Shown: positions 1 to 11,292, counted from the stretch's first letter. The stretch: DNA of 64,000 nucleotides from Octopus sinensis (GCF_006345805.1 NC_043012.1:16740001-16804000); one strand, 5' to 3'. Made by a program: numbers and translations. Notes: generated from the sequence alone by a model not told the origin.

Positions 1-970
1 ACTCGAGAGCTTAATGAGATACTCAGCCCAAAGTAAGGAAACCTTGCTAGTGACAGTTAGGAACAAGGGAATATTGAGAGTAGAGAAAAAGGGGGAAACA
101 AAAGAAGTAGGAAAAGGATATGAAGAAGAATGGACAACACAATCAATTGCATGTAGACACAGCAAACGTTGCTTGAAAAAATAGGTGAGATTGGCTAAAG
201 AAAGGAAACCACCCTTCCTCCCATTACCAAAAAAAAGACCAAGAGCACTATACTGGCAGCACAAGACCAAGCTTTGGTCACGAACTGGATCAACCTTAGG
301 AATGAGCAAGTGTCTCCGCTGTGCTGCATATGCAATAGAGTAGATGAAACCATTCCCCATATCACAAACGAAGGCCCTAGACTTGCCCAAAACCACTACA
401 AGTTGTGGCAACATGACCAAGTAGTGAAAGTGCTACACTGGAAACTGTGCAAAAAATGGGGGCTAGAGATGCAAGACGTGGTATGAGCGCAAATCCCAGA
501 GAGTAACAGAGTTGGAGACAATCAAAATCCTCTGGGATTTCCCAATCCAAACAGATCAGGTGCTAGAGTGCAACAGACTGGACCTAGTGGTAGTGAACAA
601 GGTGCACCATACGTGCATGCCCCTTTGACCCACGAATAGTCAAGAAGGAAGGCAAAAAGATAGATAGATACAACCCTATTAAGTACAAAATACCCTAGCT
701 TTTTGAAAATGAAGAAGGTGGAGATAGTGCCAATTATTGCTGGGTCCTTGGGAACAGTATCAGAGGGTATCAAGGGAAATATAAAGGAAATTGGAATAGA
801 GTGTCCAGTAGAACTGTTACAAAATATTTGCCTCCTTTGCACATCCAGAATAATTAGGAAAGTATTAGAGAGCTGAAAAGAACAGATAGCATGATACTGT
901 AGGCTGCAGGTAGCAAGCCTGCTACACATGCAAGACTCCAGGAGCTCTGACAAAACCTGTTATAAAGAGA

Positions 971-1020
<50 letters not shown>
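1..1020 (+). mobile_element. 3' end of a decayed RLE-type non-LTR retrotransposon (R4/Dong-like) with (AAT)n tail
   Basis: Frameshifted translation gives the zinc-knuckle/RHD region CCICNRVDETIPHI...HDQVVKVLHW, then KILWDFPIQTD..NRLDLVVVNK and VPIIAGSLG (restriction-like endonuclease domain); ends in (AAT)n at 971-1020. Confidence 0.85.
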
Positions 1021-1022
<2 letters not shown>

Positions 1023-1440
1023 GTTTCAAATTGTTGTGTCCTAGCATATTTTCCAGTGGCGTTCTCTGTCTTTATAATAACTTCATCCCACAGGGGAAAT
1101 TATAATAAGACATGTGATATTCATTTGATATCCTATAAAAGACTGATTTGGATTAACGAGATAATATTGTTCTGTGCCTGTTAAGCAAAGGTAGTGTAAA
1201 ATTCATAAATCTTATATAAGTCAGTAAGTTTCAAAAAAAGGTTCTAATTAATTCATAAATGCTGACTGGAATTACCAATGATCATAAATACATATACAAA
1301 GAATCGAATCATGGGAGAGAAACAATCTAGAGGAAATTCAAGGTTTAGCTAAAAAGTGCAGCTAAACTGGATGATATTACTCTAGGAGGGGGTATATATG
1401 AGCAACATTTGCAAAAATTAGCAAATCTAAAAATTATACA

Positions 1441-3155
1441 AAGAGGCAGAGGCAAGTGTGTGACACTTTGTGAAGACCTGTTGAGGCAGATGTGCATACC
1501 TTCCTTCTTATGACACTTATGAAGACCTGTTGAGGCAAGTGTGTGACACTTGTGAAGACCTGTTGAGGCAGAGGCAAGTGTGTGACACTTTGTGAAGACC
1601 TGTTGAGGCAGAGGCAAGTGTGTGACACTTGTGAAGACCTGTTGAGGCAAGTGAAAATCAAACCAAATCAAAATAGATGAACATCAATGGAATTTGTATC
1701 TTTGTGGTACCAGTACCGGTGGCACACAAGAAAACCATCCGAACGTGGCCGTAGCCAGTACCGCATCGACTGGCCTCTGTGATGTGGGCACATAACAAAC
1801 ACCATCCGATCGTGGTGGCCCCTACCTGGGACGTAGTCAGTCCACCTGTGCATACCTTCCTTCTTGTGACACTTGTGAAGACCTGTTGAGGCAAGTGAAA
1901 ATCAACAAATCAAAAAATCAAAAACAAATCAAAATAGATGAACATCAATGGAATCTGTATCTCTGTGGTACCAGTGCCGGTGGCACACAAGAAAACCATC
2001 CGAACGTGGCTGTAGCCAGTACCGCATCGACTGGCCTCCGTGCTGTGGGCACATAACAAACGCCATCCGATCGTGGCCGTTCGCCAGCCTCATCTGGCAC
2101 CTGTCCGAAGACCCGGCAAGACTAGTCAGGCCATAGCCCGTGGCCCCTTCCTGGGACGTAGTCAGTCCACCTGTGCATACCTTCCTTCTTATGACACTTG
2201 TGAAGACCTGTTGAGGCAAGTGATAATAATAATAATAATCATAATCAAATCAAATCAAAACAAATCAAAATAGATGAACATCAATGGAAGTTGTATCTTT
2301 GTGGTACCAATGCCGGTGGCACACAAGAAAACCATCCGAGCGTGGCGGTAGCCAGTACCACATCGACTGGCCTCCGTGCTGTGGGCACGTAACAAACACC
2401 ATCCGATCGTGACCGTTCGCCAGCCTCATCTGGCACCTGTGTTGGTGGCACATAAAAACACCATCCAAAGACCCGGCAAGACTAGTCAGGCCATAACCCG
2501 TGGCCCCTACCTGGGACGTAGTCAGTCCACCTGTGCATACCTTCCTTCTTATGACACTTGTGAAAACCTGTTGAGGCAAGTATGTGACACTTGTGAAGAC
2601 CTGTTGAGGCAAGTGTGTGACACTTGTGAAGACCTGTTGAGGCAAGTGAAAATCAAACCAAATCAAAATAGATGAACATCAATGGAATTTGTATCTTTGT
2701 GGTACCAGTGCCGGTGGCACACAAGAAAACCATCCGAACATGGCCGTAGCCAGTACTGCATCGACTGGCCTCCGTGCTGTGGGCACGTAACAAACACCAT
2801 CCGATCGTGGCCGTTCGCCAGCCTCATCTGGCACTTGTGTCGGTGGCACATAAAAACACCATCCGAGCGTGGCCGTCTGCCAGCCTCGTCTGGCACCTGT
2901 GTCGGTGGCACATAAAAAACACCATCCGAGCGTGGCCATTTGCCAGCCTCGTCTGGCACCTGTGTCGGTGGCACATAAAATCACCCACTACACTCTCGGA
3001 GTGGTTGGCGTTAGGAAGGGCATCCAGCTGTAGAAACACTGCCAGATCTGACTAGCCTGGTGCAGCCTTCGGGCTCCCCAGACTCCAGTTGAACCGTCCA
3101 ACCCATGCTAGCATGGAAAGCGGACGTTAAATGATGATGATGATGATGATTGATG
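1441..3155 (+). mobile_element. RTE-tailed SINE-like element (family F) with a 4x tandemly amplified 5' segment
   Basis: Segment starting AAATCAAAATAGATGAACATCAATGG recurs near 1668, 1927, 2263 and 2660. It has 33-bp and ~62-bp subrepeats and ends AACCCATGCTAGCATGGAAAGCGGACGTTAAA(TGA)n. A single-copy version lies at 27380-27900. Confidence 0.8.
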
Positions 3156-3360
3156 AAAGAGGCCAAGATGTAAAGTAGGTTGAAGTAGTAAAACAAGAGT
3201 AGAATGAGGATGATAAGGAAGAAATTAAAAGACATTAAGTGCCATAAAAAATAACATAAATCTCAAAAGATTACTTGAAAGATTTATTTATTTTTGGCCT
3301 CTTAACATATTTCATCTTAGCTGTGTAAAAGGTCAACCTAGATTTTATTTAGATTATATA

Positions 3361-3764
3361 TTACTCTTTACTCTTTACTCTTTTACTTGTTTCAGTCATT
3401 TGACTGCGGCCATGCTGGAGCACCGCCTTTAGTCGAGCAAATCGACCCCACAACTTATTCTTTGTAAGCCCAGTACTTATTCTATCGGTCTCTTTTGCCG
3501 AACCGCTAAGTGACGGGGACGTAAACACACCAGCATCGGTTGTCAAGCAATGCTAGGAGGACAAACACAGACTCACAAACACACACACACATACATATAT
3601 ACGACAGGCTTCTTTCAGTTTCCATCTACCAAATCCACTCACAAGGCATTGGTCGGCCCGGGGCTGTAGCAGAAGACACTTGCCCAAGATGCCACGCAGT
3701 GGGACTGAACCCGGAACCATGTCGTTGGTTAGCAAGCTACTTACCACACAGCCACTCCTGCGCC
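3361..3764 (-). mobile_element. tRNA-headed bipartite SINE (family A, CORE-like), full length
   Basis: Minus strand: A box TGGCTGTGTGG, B box GGTTCAGTCCC, CORE-like CTTGGGCAAGTGTCTTCT, internal (TA/TG)n, 3' tail (GTAAAAGA)n; many copies in the window. Confidence 0.9.
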
Positions 3765-3861
3765 TATATTTTTTTTTATCTTTACTTTCATTTGACCAAC
3801 ACTATAATTTCTATAAGGATTTTCTTTGCTGTTTTCTCAGTCCCTCACCACAGCAGACAAC

Positions 3862-4084
3862 ATGAAGGTCACAGTGTCTTTGTTATTGTTGGTATTATTG
3901 TTGTTATTGCTATTAATGTGATGAGTTTTTTTGGTTTGTTATTCCTAAGGACTACCCATCACCAGAATGCCATTATTTGATTGCTGGAAAGCATTGTATA
4001 TCTTTGGGATGTTACATTCAGAAAAACCAAGCAGTTCTTGGATGTACTTTACTCCATAAAGCACCCACAGACAATTGTTGTTGA
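3862..4084 (+). pseudogene. Candidate secreted six-cysteine (beta-defensin-like) peptide, interrupted by a 1-nt frameshift
   Basis: Strong acceptor TTTTCTTTGCTGTTTTCTCAG ending at 3840; ATG at 3862 gives MKVTVSLLLLVLLLLLLL. Removing one A at 3915/3916 joins it to CDEFFWFVIPKDYPSPECHYLIAGKHCISLGCYIQKNQAVLGCTLLHKAPTDNCC* (TGA 4082-4084). Confidence 0.4.
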
Positions 4085-4209
4085 ACAATATTCAAATATT
4101 TAGCAATTATCAAGAGTAGTCTTATATAATGACATATGAATATGAACCTGACAACATAAAGCTGATGTGGGATATAAAAACATATACTGTGATCCACTTT
4201 TAAAGCCTG

Positions 4210-4577
4210 TTAACTTCCATCCTCATGTTCTGTGTTTTCAGTCGTGTTTGTTTGTTTATTTGTGGACAAGATATCTCAAGAACCGCTTGATGGATTTGGT
4301 TGAAATTTTCAGGGATGTTTGGCGTCATGACTGGCACAAACTGATTAGATTTTGGGATCAATCCAGTACCGGACAAGGATTCTGGATTATTTTTCCTGCT
4401 TTTTCTTTTACTTAATTTTTGAGAGTGGTCAGGTTCATTTTTAGTATTCTCACTTGTGAGTGCAGTCGAGTTTATTTCAAGTATTCTCATCTTAAAAATC
4501 ATCTCTGGCTGATCGTTGAGAGGATGTTGGTGTTGCCTTGGTAGAGGCTTGTCACTCTCTCAGTGCTCTTCTTATTG
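4210..4577 (+). mobile_element. HINE/Helentron-type non-autonomous element (degenerate)
   Basis: Has the typical GTTTGTTTG..GGACAAGATATCTCAAGAACCGCTTGATGGATTTGGTTGAAATTTT body and 3' CCTTGGTAGAGG..CACTCTCTCAGTG..TT end of this class, recognised from memory. Confidence 0.6.
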
Positions 4578-5258
4578 TTATTAAACTTTACATTCTGAAT
4601 TCAAATTCCACCATAGTCGAGTTAGCCTTTCATCCTTTGAGTGTCGATAAAATAAGCACAACTCAAGCACAGGAGTTGATATAATTGACATCCCCCTCCC
4701 TTCAAATATTGCTGACCTTGTTGAAAACATTTGCCCAAGATACTGCGCAGTTGAATTGAACTCAAAACCACATGGTTGCAAAACAAACTTCTTAACTAGA
4801 AAGCTAAGCCTGCATCTAACATTGTGGCTTTATAGTTTCTTCCATAAACCACTTCCTGCTTCTTGCCACTACAACACTCTTACGCATAGACAACTATCAC
4901 CTGCCACACACATCGTCCTGTTATGGTTTCTGTCAAATTTTTGTCAGAGTTTTTGCACTTTAGTTAAACTTGTGGCAATTAAAATATCACAAAAGAACAT
5001 ACTTATTACAAGGCCTGTCAAGTATACCACTTCAGGATTTTAGATTCAAACATTGAGAGTAGGGTGGGTGGGCCATAAGGTTGGTTTTTATGGTTCACAC
5101 ACACACGCACAAATACACTCAAAAGCATGCATGTATATATGAAGCTACAAACAAGAGGAAAAGGTACTCAAGACAGAAGTAATTTATGAATATTTATTGT
5201 AGTGGTATGATCATTCAATGTAGAATGTGTTTGCACATACATGCTTCCGGTCTTTCAA

Positions 5259-5457
5259 AATGTGACCTCGTGTGTACCGTTGATGATTTTTTTCCTCTGT
5301 CTTCCCTTCTCTGGATCTTTCCTTTTCCTATGTTTCCGAGGAAGAGCTCCGCTCAAAACATTAAACCCTCCTTCTTCCCTTCTTTCCTGAGCGTCCAATA
5401 ATACTATATTTGTTCCACGTCCTCGTGTTGTGTTTTTTTGTGTTTTCTTGTTTGGAT

Positions 5458-5465
<8 letters not shown>
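5259..5465 (+). mobile_element. Penelope-type pseudo-LTR fragment with degenerate hammerhead (family 3)
   Basis: Homologous to 33632-33845; core reads GTTT-CCGAGGA-A-GAGC.TCC.GCTC-AAAAC-ATT-AAAC (5332-5366). Confidence 0.65.
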
Positions 5466-5503
<38 letters not shown>

Positions 5504-5506
<3 letters not shown>

Positions 5507-5735
5507 TCTTTTTTTTTTACTCTTTTACTTGTTTCAGTCATTTGACTATGGCCATGCTGGAGCACTGCCTTTAGTCAAGCAAATCGACCCCAGAGCATAT
5601 TCTTTGTAAGCCTAGTACTTATTCTATCGGTTTCTTTTGCCAAACCGCATTGTTATGGGGATGTAAACACACCAGCATCGGTTGTCAAGCAATGCTGGGG
5701 CGGGGGACAAACACAGACACACAAACATATATATA
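5504..5735 (-). mobile_element. SINE family A, 3' half
   Basis: Matches the tail half of 9430-9847. Confidence 0.85.
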
Positions 5736-5755
5736 TCTTCAAAGGTTGACTAATA

Positions 5756-5786
<31 letters not shown>

Positions 5787-6229
5787 AGCTGGAATATCTT
5801 TGATCATAGACCTGCTTAATTAGGACTAACCTGATGGACACTAAACAACAACAACAACAGCCACATAGCCTGGGCTGTGGATGTCCTCAGTTGGATAGCC
5901 ATTGAAGGGATTGTACTTGTAATTTAAAAGTCACACTGATTCTGTCTGAAAATTACATTAAGAGTACATGTATATGTGGGATACTCAACCATTTCCATAT
6001 CAATTCAATCAGTAAGTCATTCAGTTGACCAAATGACTGGACACTTAGTTTCAAAACTGATGGCAAATCATAAGACAATTGATTTATTCAGTCATATGAG
6101 TGGCTGTGTGGTCAGCAGCTTGCTTACCAAACACATGGCTCCGGGTTCAGTCCCACTGTGTGGCACCTGGAGCAAGTGTCTTCTACTATAGCCTCGGGCT
6201 GGCCAAAGTCTTGTGAGTGGATTTCACAA

Positions 6230-6720
6230 GAGATGACACAGGTGGTAGTTTCCCATATATTTGCATTTTGGTTGGATGGCGCTTCCACGAGAGGTTTTGA
6301 GCTCTCATAAGGAGGCCAGGGTAGGTTCCATCCAACCGCCTCTCAAGGACATACAAGATAATGCAATCTTGATAAAAAAAAAAACCACTGCATAAAAAAA
6401 CACGTTGGTTACAACGAGGATGCTTTTGATCGTAGGCTGATTCAATCTGGACTGACCTGGAACTAAACAGAAGCAATAAAAAACAACAACAACAGATGGT
6501 TCCAAGATGGACATTTACAAGATGGAAGACTAAAGATTTACCAAGATTAAAGATAACGGTCTGTGAGTTATTTACATGGCCAGCATGAAGCAAGCTCTAT
6601 TCAGATTTCTCATACTGACCTTGTGAATATCTGACGTATCGTTAAATCTTCATCATCCTCTCCGGTTGCGACTAAATTCCTACAGCAATGATAAACAAGA
6701 TAAAAATATTGGTGTAAAGT
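6230..6720 (-). mobile_element. RTE-X-like LINE RT C-terminal fragment
   Basis: Minus-strand translation LERRLDGTYPGLLMRAQNLSWKRHPTKMQIYGKLPPVS matches the post-RT motif of RTE-X elements; frameshifted. Confidence 0.7.
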
Positions 6721-6863
6721 AATCTTTTGGATTAGACATTTTAAAACATGTCTGAATCTTTCAGAATTATATCAGATACCATTTTAAGTTTAACATGTAA
6801 TGTCTGAACATTTAAGCTCAACACAAAATGTTTTTTTAAAGTTTAACAGACAATACTTTTACC

Positions 6864-6985
6864 TTATTTACATTTGGCGGATATTTGTCACCATCTTGTT
6901 GTATACCCTCCAGCCTTCATCAGGTGTCTTGGGGAAATTTCGAACCTGGGTTCTCATTCCTAAGGTATTTTACGATGTTATTATG
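6864..6985 (-). mobile_element. Hammerhead-bearing 3' module (family 1), internally deleted
   Basis: Reverse complement matches 7900-8040, but the second half of the ribozyme (CAGCCGAAACGTTGTGTT) is missing. Confidence 0.8.
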
Positions 6986-6987
6986 AT

Positions 6988-7322
6988 CGGGACCCCCTTC
7001 GGTCACGACACTGACCATGGGATTGCACCTAGAAAGTTACCCTCCTAGTCACAAGTCTGGGCATGGTTGTTTATGGAAGACCAGCAGTCGCCCATGCATA
7101 CCGGCCTCCCCTCTCCACGCCACCAGTGTTATCCAAGGGAAAGGCAAAGGCCGATACAGCTTGGCACTCGTGACGTCGCGACTCATTTCTACAGCTGAGT
7201 GAACTGGAGCAACGTGAAATAAAGTGTCTTGCTCAAGAACACAACATGCAGCCCGGTCCGGGATTCGAGCTCACAACCTCACGATCGTAAGCTCGACGCT
7301 CTAACCACTGAGCCATGCGCCT
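6988..7322 (-). mobile_element. tRNA-headed SINE with Deu/Nin-like core (family D)
   Basis: Minus: GGCGCATGGCTCAGTGGTTAGAGCG..CTCGAATCCCGG (A/B boxes), then TTGCTCCAGTTCACTCAGCTGT; second copy at 13139-13430 (+). Confidence 0.8.
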
Positions 7323-7455
7323 TCACTGTTATTATGGCTATTATTATTATTATTATTATCATTATTATTCTATGTTTGACTTTTGCTTTACATTTGCACA
7401 AGCTGGCTCCACATCTCACCCAGAGACCTCAGGAGACAAGTTGGAAGTTCACTTG

Positions 7456-7457
<2 letters not shown>

Positions 7458-7517
<60 letters not shown>

Positions 7518-7518
7518 G

Positions 7519-7549
<31 letters not shown>

Positions 7550-7641
7550 TATTGTTATTATTATTATTCAGGTCACTGCTTGGAATCGATCTCGGAATCT
7601 TGGGGTTAGTAGCCTGCGCTCTTAACCACTACACCATATGC
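7458..7641 (-). mobile_element. tRNA-like head + (AAT)n of the HHR-bearing element (inverted copy)
   Basis: Reverse complement GCATATGGTGTAGTGGTTAAGAGCGCAGGCTACTAACCCCAAGATTCCGAGATCGATTCCAAGCAGTGACCTG(AAT)n; homologous to 7747-7900. Confidence 0.8.
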
Positions 7642-7746
7642 CCATAGTCATGTGAGTGGGTTTTGGTAGATGGAAACTGGAAGGAATCCATTGTGTGTAT
7701 GGTGGGGTGTTTGCACATATACCTTTGCCTGAACATGATGCCCACA

Positions 7747-7839
7747 GGCATATGGCATAGTGGTTAAGTGTGCTGGTTACTAACCCCAAGATTCCGAGTT
7801 TGATTCCAAGCAGTGACCTGAATAATAATAATAATAATG

Positions 7840-7881
<42 letters not shown>

Positions 7882-8085
7882 TAATAATAATAATAATAAT
7901 AACATCAAAAAATACCTCAGGAATAAGAACCCAGGTTCGAAATTTCCCCAAGACACCTGATGAAGGCTGGAGGGTATATCAGCCGAAACGTTGTGTTAAC
8001 AACAAAGAAGATGAGGACAAATATCCATCAAATGTAAATAATGTAAATAATGTACATAATTCCTCATCTCTTGAATATAGAACAG
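7747..8085 (+). mobile_element. tRNA-head-(AAT)n-hammerhead element (retrozyme/SINE-like)
   Basis: A box TGGCATAGTGG and B-box-like GAGTTTGATTCC, then (AAT)n 7821-7900, then a module containing an intact HHR; the same 3' module occurs at 6864-6985 and 41275-41410. Confidence 0.7.
7952..7997 (+). ncRNA. Minimal type I hammerhead ribozyme
   Basis: GACAC-CUGAUGA-A-GGCUG(gagggtatat)CAGCC-GAAA-CG-UU-GUGUU: stem I GACAC/GUGUU, 5-bp stem II, palindromic ACGU stem III. Confidence 0.85.
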
Positions 8086-8701
8086 TACTTTTACCCTTTT
8101 CCTACCACCCAGCCTGAAACTGTTCCTAGATCTCTGATATAAATTTCCTATTTTTAAGTGATCTAAAATTAAAACCTTTCATCAAAATTTAATCTTGGTT
8201 TATGTTCTAAAAACCAGTTTAATAATGGTAAACCACTTATGATCAGAATCTTCCTGTAATAATCCTTCCCCACCTTCGTCCATCCAAAAATTGTAATCCC
8301 TTCCACATAAAACTTCCACAATATAATAATCCCTTCCCTCTAAATCTGTTATGCTGTAACTCACCTCCATTTTCTAAAACCTCTGTAATATAATTTCTTT
8401 CCCTTTCGATACCAATCTGCCTGAAACCATTCCTGGTCCTATGACACAAACTTTCTGTCTTGAAGTGATTTAAATTAATAACCTTCCATTTAAATTTCAT
8501 GTTCATTTTATGTTCCAAGCACAGCTTAATAATGATAAAGTGATTTTACAAAATTCTTCGTTAATTTCAAAGTTAATTGCTACGAAGGAAATGTGTTTCA
8601 ACAGAGATGGAGTAATAAAAGCATTAACATACAGAATCTGAAAAATTAATTCACAATATATTATAATGTCTAAGGTTTAACATACAGTACTTTAACCACA
8701 A

Positions 8702-9099
8702 CTAGCAGTATTGCCCAACGTTGCTTGGGTTTGTAAGGGAAATAACTATATAAGCATTTTTAGAGAGTTATAGCCAAAAAATAGCAAAAAAATGCATTAA
8801 AAATGGAAAAAAAATTATGGTAAATTTTTTTTTAAATCGTTGACTCATCGTAGACATTTTTAGAGAGTTACTTCCCTTATATAATAGCGAAAAAAATGCA
8901 TTAAAATGGAAAAAAATGATGGTAAATTTTTTTTAAATCGTAGACTCATCATAGACGTGCGCTAATACCCAGAAGGGCTCGATATGAATCACGACTATAA
9001 GATACCCGGTTTTGGTTAAACTGCACCGCAAAATGAGGGAGTAGTTAGGAATCTAAATCGTAGGAGACAGACACACAACCTTACTTTTATATATAAAGA
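8702..9099 (-). mobile_element. Non-autonomous Helitron (~400 bp family)
   Basis: Minus strand starts TC(TTTATATATAAAAG), ends with a subterminal hairpin then CTAG, inserted between A and T; homologous to 40377-40772 and 44604-45000. Confidence 0.85.
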
Positions 9100-9429
9100 T
9101 ATCTAAACAATAGAATGTCTTAACATGAGGTGCCTTAAAAGACCATGTCTTTAAGTTTAACATGCAATGTGTTTAATGTAAAATGGCTGGAGTGTATTAT
9201 ATGTCTGACGTTGAAGGTATGTCTTACATTTTATGTTTAACAAACCCAACCACCCACATAAGAGAATATTTATTATAAGCTGGAATTTGTATTTCATTTA
9301 TGAAAATCTGGAAGGTAGGAGGCTGGATTAGATGCTGGAATAACAGGTGCAGGCACAGTGATATACCAGCCTCAGCATTCAATCCACAGGAAAAGAGAAG
9401 CTGGCAAAAAAAAAAAAAACAAACTTATA

Positions 9430-9847
9430 GGCGCAGGAGTGGCTGTGTAGTAAGTAGCTTGCTAACCAACCACATGGTTCCGGGTTCAGTCCCACTGCGT
9501 GGCATCTTGGGCAAGTGTCTTCTGCTATAGCCCCGGGCCGACCAATGCCTTGTGAGTGGATTTGGTAGACGGAAACTGAAAGAAGCCTGTCGTATATATG
9601 TATATATATATAAGTGTGTGTGTATATGTTTGTGTGTCTGTGTTTGTCCCCCTAGCATTGCTTGAAAACCGATGCTGGTGTGTTTACGTCCCCGTCACTT
9701 AGCGGTTTGGCAAAAGAGACCGGTAGAATAAGTACTGGGCTTACAAAGAATAAGTCCCGGGGTCGATTTGCTCGACTAAAGGCGGTGCTCCAGCATGGCC
9801 ACAGTCAAATGACTGAAACAAGTAAAAGAGTAAAAGAGTAAAGAGTA
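9430..9847 (+). mobile_element. SINE family A, full length
   Basis: A/B boxes, CORE-like block, internal (TA)(TG)n, (GTAAAAGA)n tail. Confidence 0.9.
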
Positions 9848-10611
9848 TCATCTCCGGTTCAGTTTCTGTGCCTATCTTCACCTATGGTCATGAATGTTGG
9901 GTAACCACTAGAAGATCATGATCCTGAATAGAAGAGAGTGAAATGGGGGTTCTCCAAAGGGCCTCTGGGGAAGTGATATTTGACTGGGTGTGCAGCTTGG
10001 AGATCAGGAAGTCTCTCCAGGTCAAGCCACTACTTCTCTGTATTGATAGGTCGCAGCTCCAGAACTACATAGATGTAATTAGAATGTCACAGGGAAGAAT
10101 CACATGGTGGATTCTTCAAGCAGAGTCAAGTGGCAGGAGACCAAGAATGAGACGGTTGGATAATATCCATTGTTTCAGTTGGTCATGCTTAGAAATCCAG
10201 ACAGAAAATATAATAATACCTGCTTCTAGGAACAGGAAAAAAAATGGATGGCTGGAGGTTCTTTTCTCCAACAATGACCTATTCTTAATGAAATGCTGCT
10301 TTGTAATCCATATTTCTGACCAAATGTTGTTTATTTGTTTTAATTAGTATTGAAAATTGGAGGAAATTTAGTAAAATGAAAATCTTTCTGCATTTGTATA
10401 TGGATGTCATCCTCTCTGACTGAATAGTTTCCATGCTTGCATGGGTCAGAATAGAATTTGCTGCGGCAGATATTCTATGACCAGATGTCACTGGGAACAA
10501 ACAAACTTGTTTGTATTATGATGATGGTGATGATGATGATGATGACGATGCTCATTTATAACCATCATGTAATGTCCAGATAAGAGTACACGCAAGCATA
10601 TACACATACAT

Positions 10612-10686
<75 letters not shown>

Positions 10687-10711
10687 GTATGTATGTATGT
10701 GTGTATGCATG

Positions 10712-10769
<58 letters not shown>

Positions 10770-10789
10770 TATATATATCTGTAAAATAA

Positions 10790-10999
10790 TATGTGACAAT
10801 TATTCGGTTGCCATAATAAAACTCCAAGTTTCAGGTGTCGAGGCGGAAATCTGCTCTGGCATCTCATCACTTGTTAAGACAAACAATTTTTGTTTTGTCT
10901 CAATAACTGACAAGATGCTGGAGCAGATTCCTGCCTCAACATGTGAAACTTGGAGTTTTATTATGACAACCGTATAATTTTCACATATTATTTTACAGA
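10790..10999. mobile_element. Foldback/MITE-like palindrome (~210 bp)
   Basis: TCTGTAAAATAATATGTG..AAGACAAACAA is inverted against TTGTTTTGTCTC..CACATATTATTTTACAGA; longer copy at 12711-12989. Confidence 0.8.
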
Positions 11000-11078
11000 T
11001 AAATTCCTCTATTTACATAATATCGATTTCTCGTTCATTCTTTTGCTGTCATAATATTACTATTAATATATATATATA

Positions 11079-11249
11079 GGCGCAGGAGTGGCTGTGTGGT
11101 AAGTAGCTTGCTAACCAAGCACATGGTTCCGGGTTCAGTCCCACTGCGTGGCATCTTGGGCAAGTGTCTTCTGCTATAGCCCTGGGCCGACCAATGCCCT
11201 GTGAGTGGATTTGGTAGACGGAAACTGAAAGAAGCCTGTCGTATATATG

Positions 11250-11292
<43 letters not shown>

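Noticed and set aside
1441-2660. CRISPR-like appearance of 33-bp direct repeats
   Set aside because: Repeats are adjacent or separated by homologous, not unique, sequence; eukaryotic SINE context; no cas genes.
3540-3980. 146-aa ORF with an apparent transmembrane segment
   Set aside because: The first half is antisense SINE A; the hydrophobic part is an alternative frame of the TTG/TTA-rich stretch.
7250-7322. tRNA genes at SINE heads (also 7568-7641, 7747-7820, 13139-13200)
   Set aside because: They have A/B boxes but no complete acceptor stem and run into SINE bodies, so they are tRNA-derived heads rather than tRNAs.
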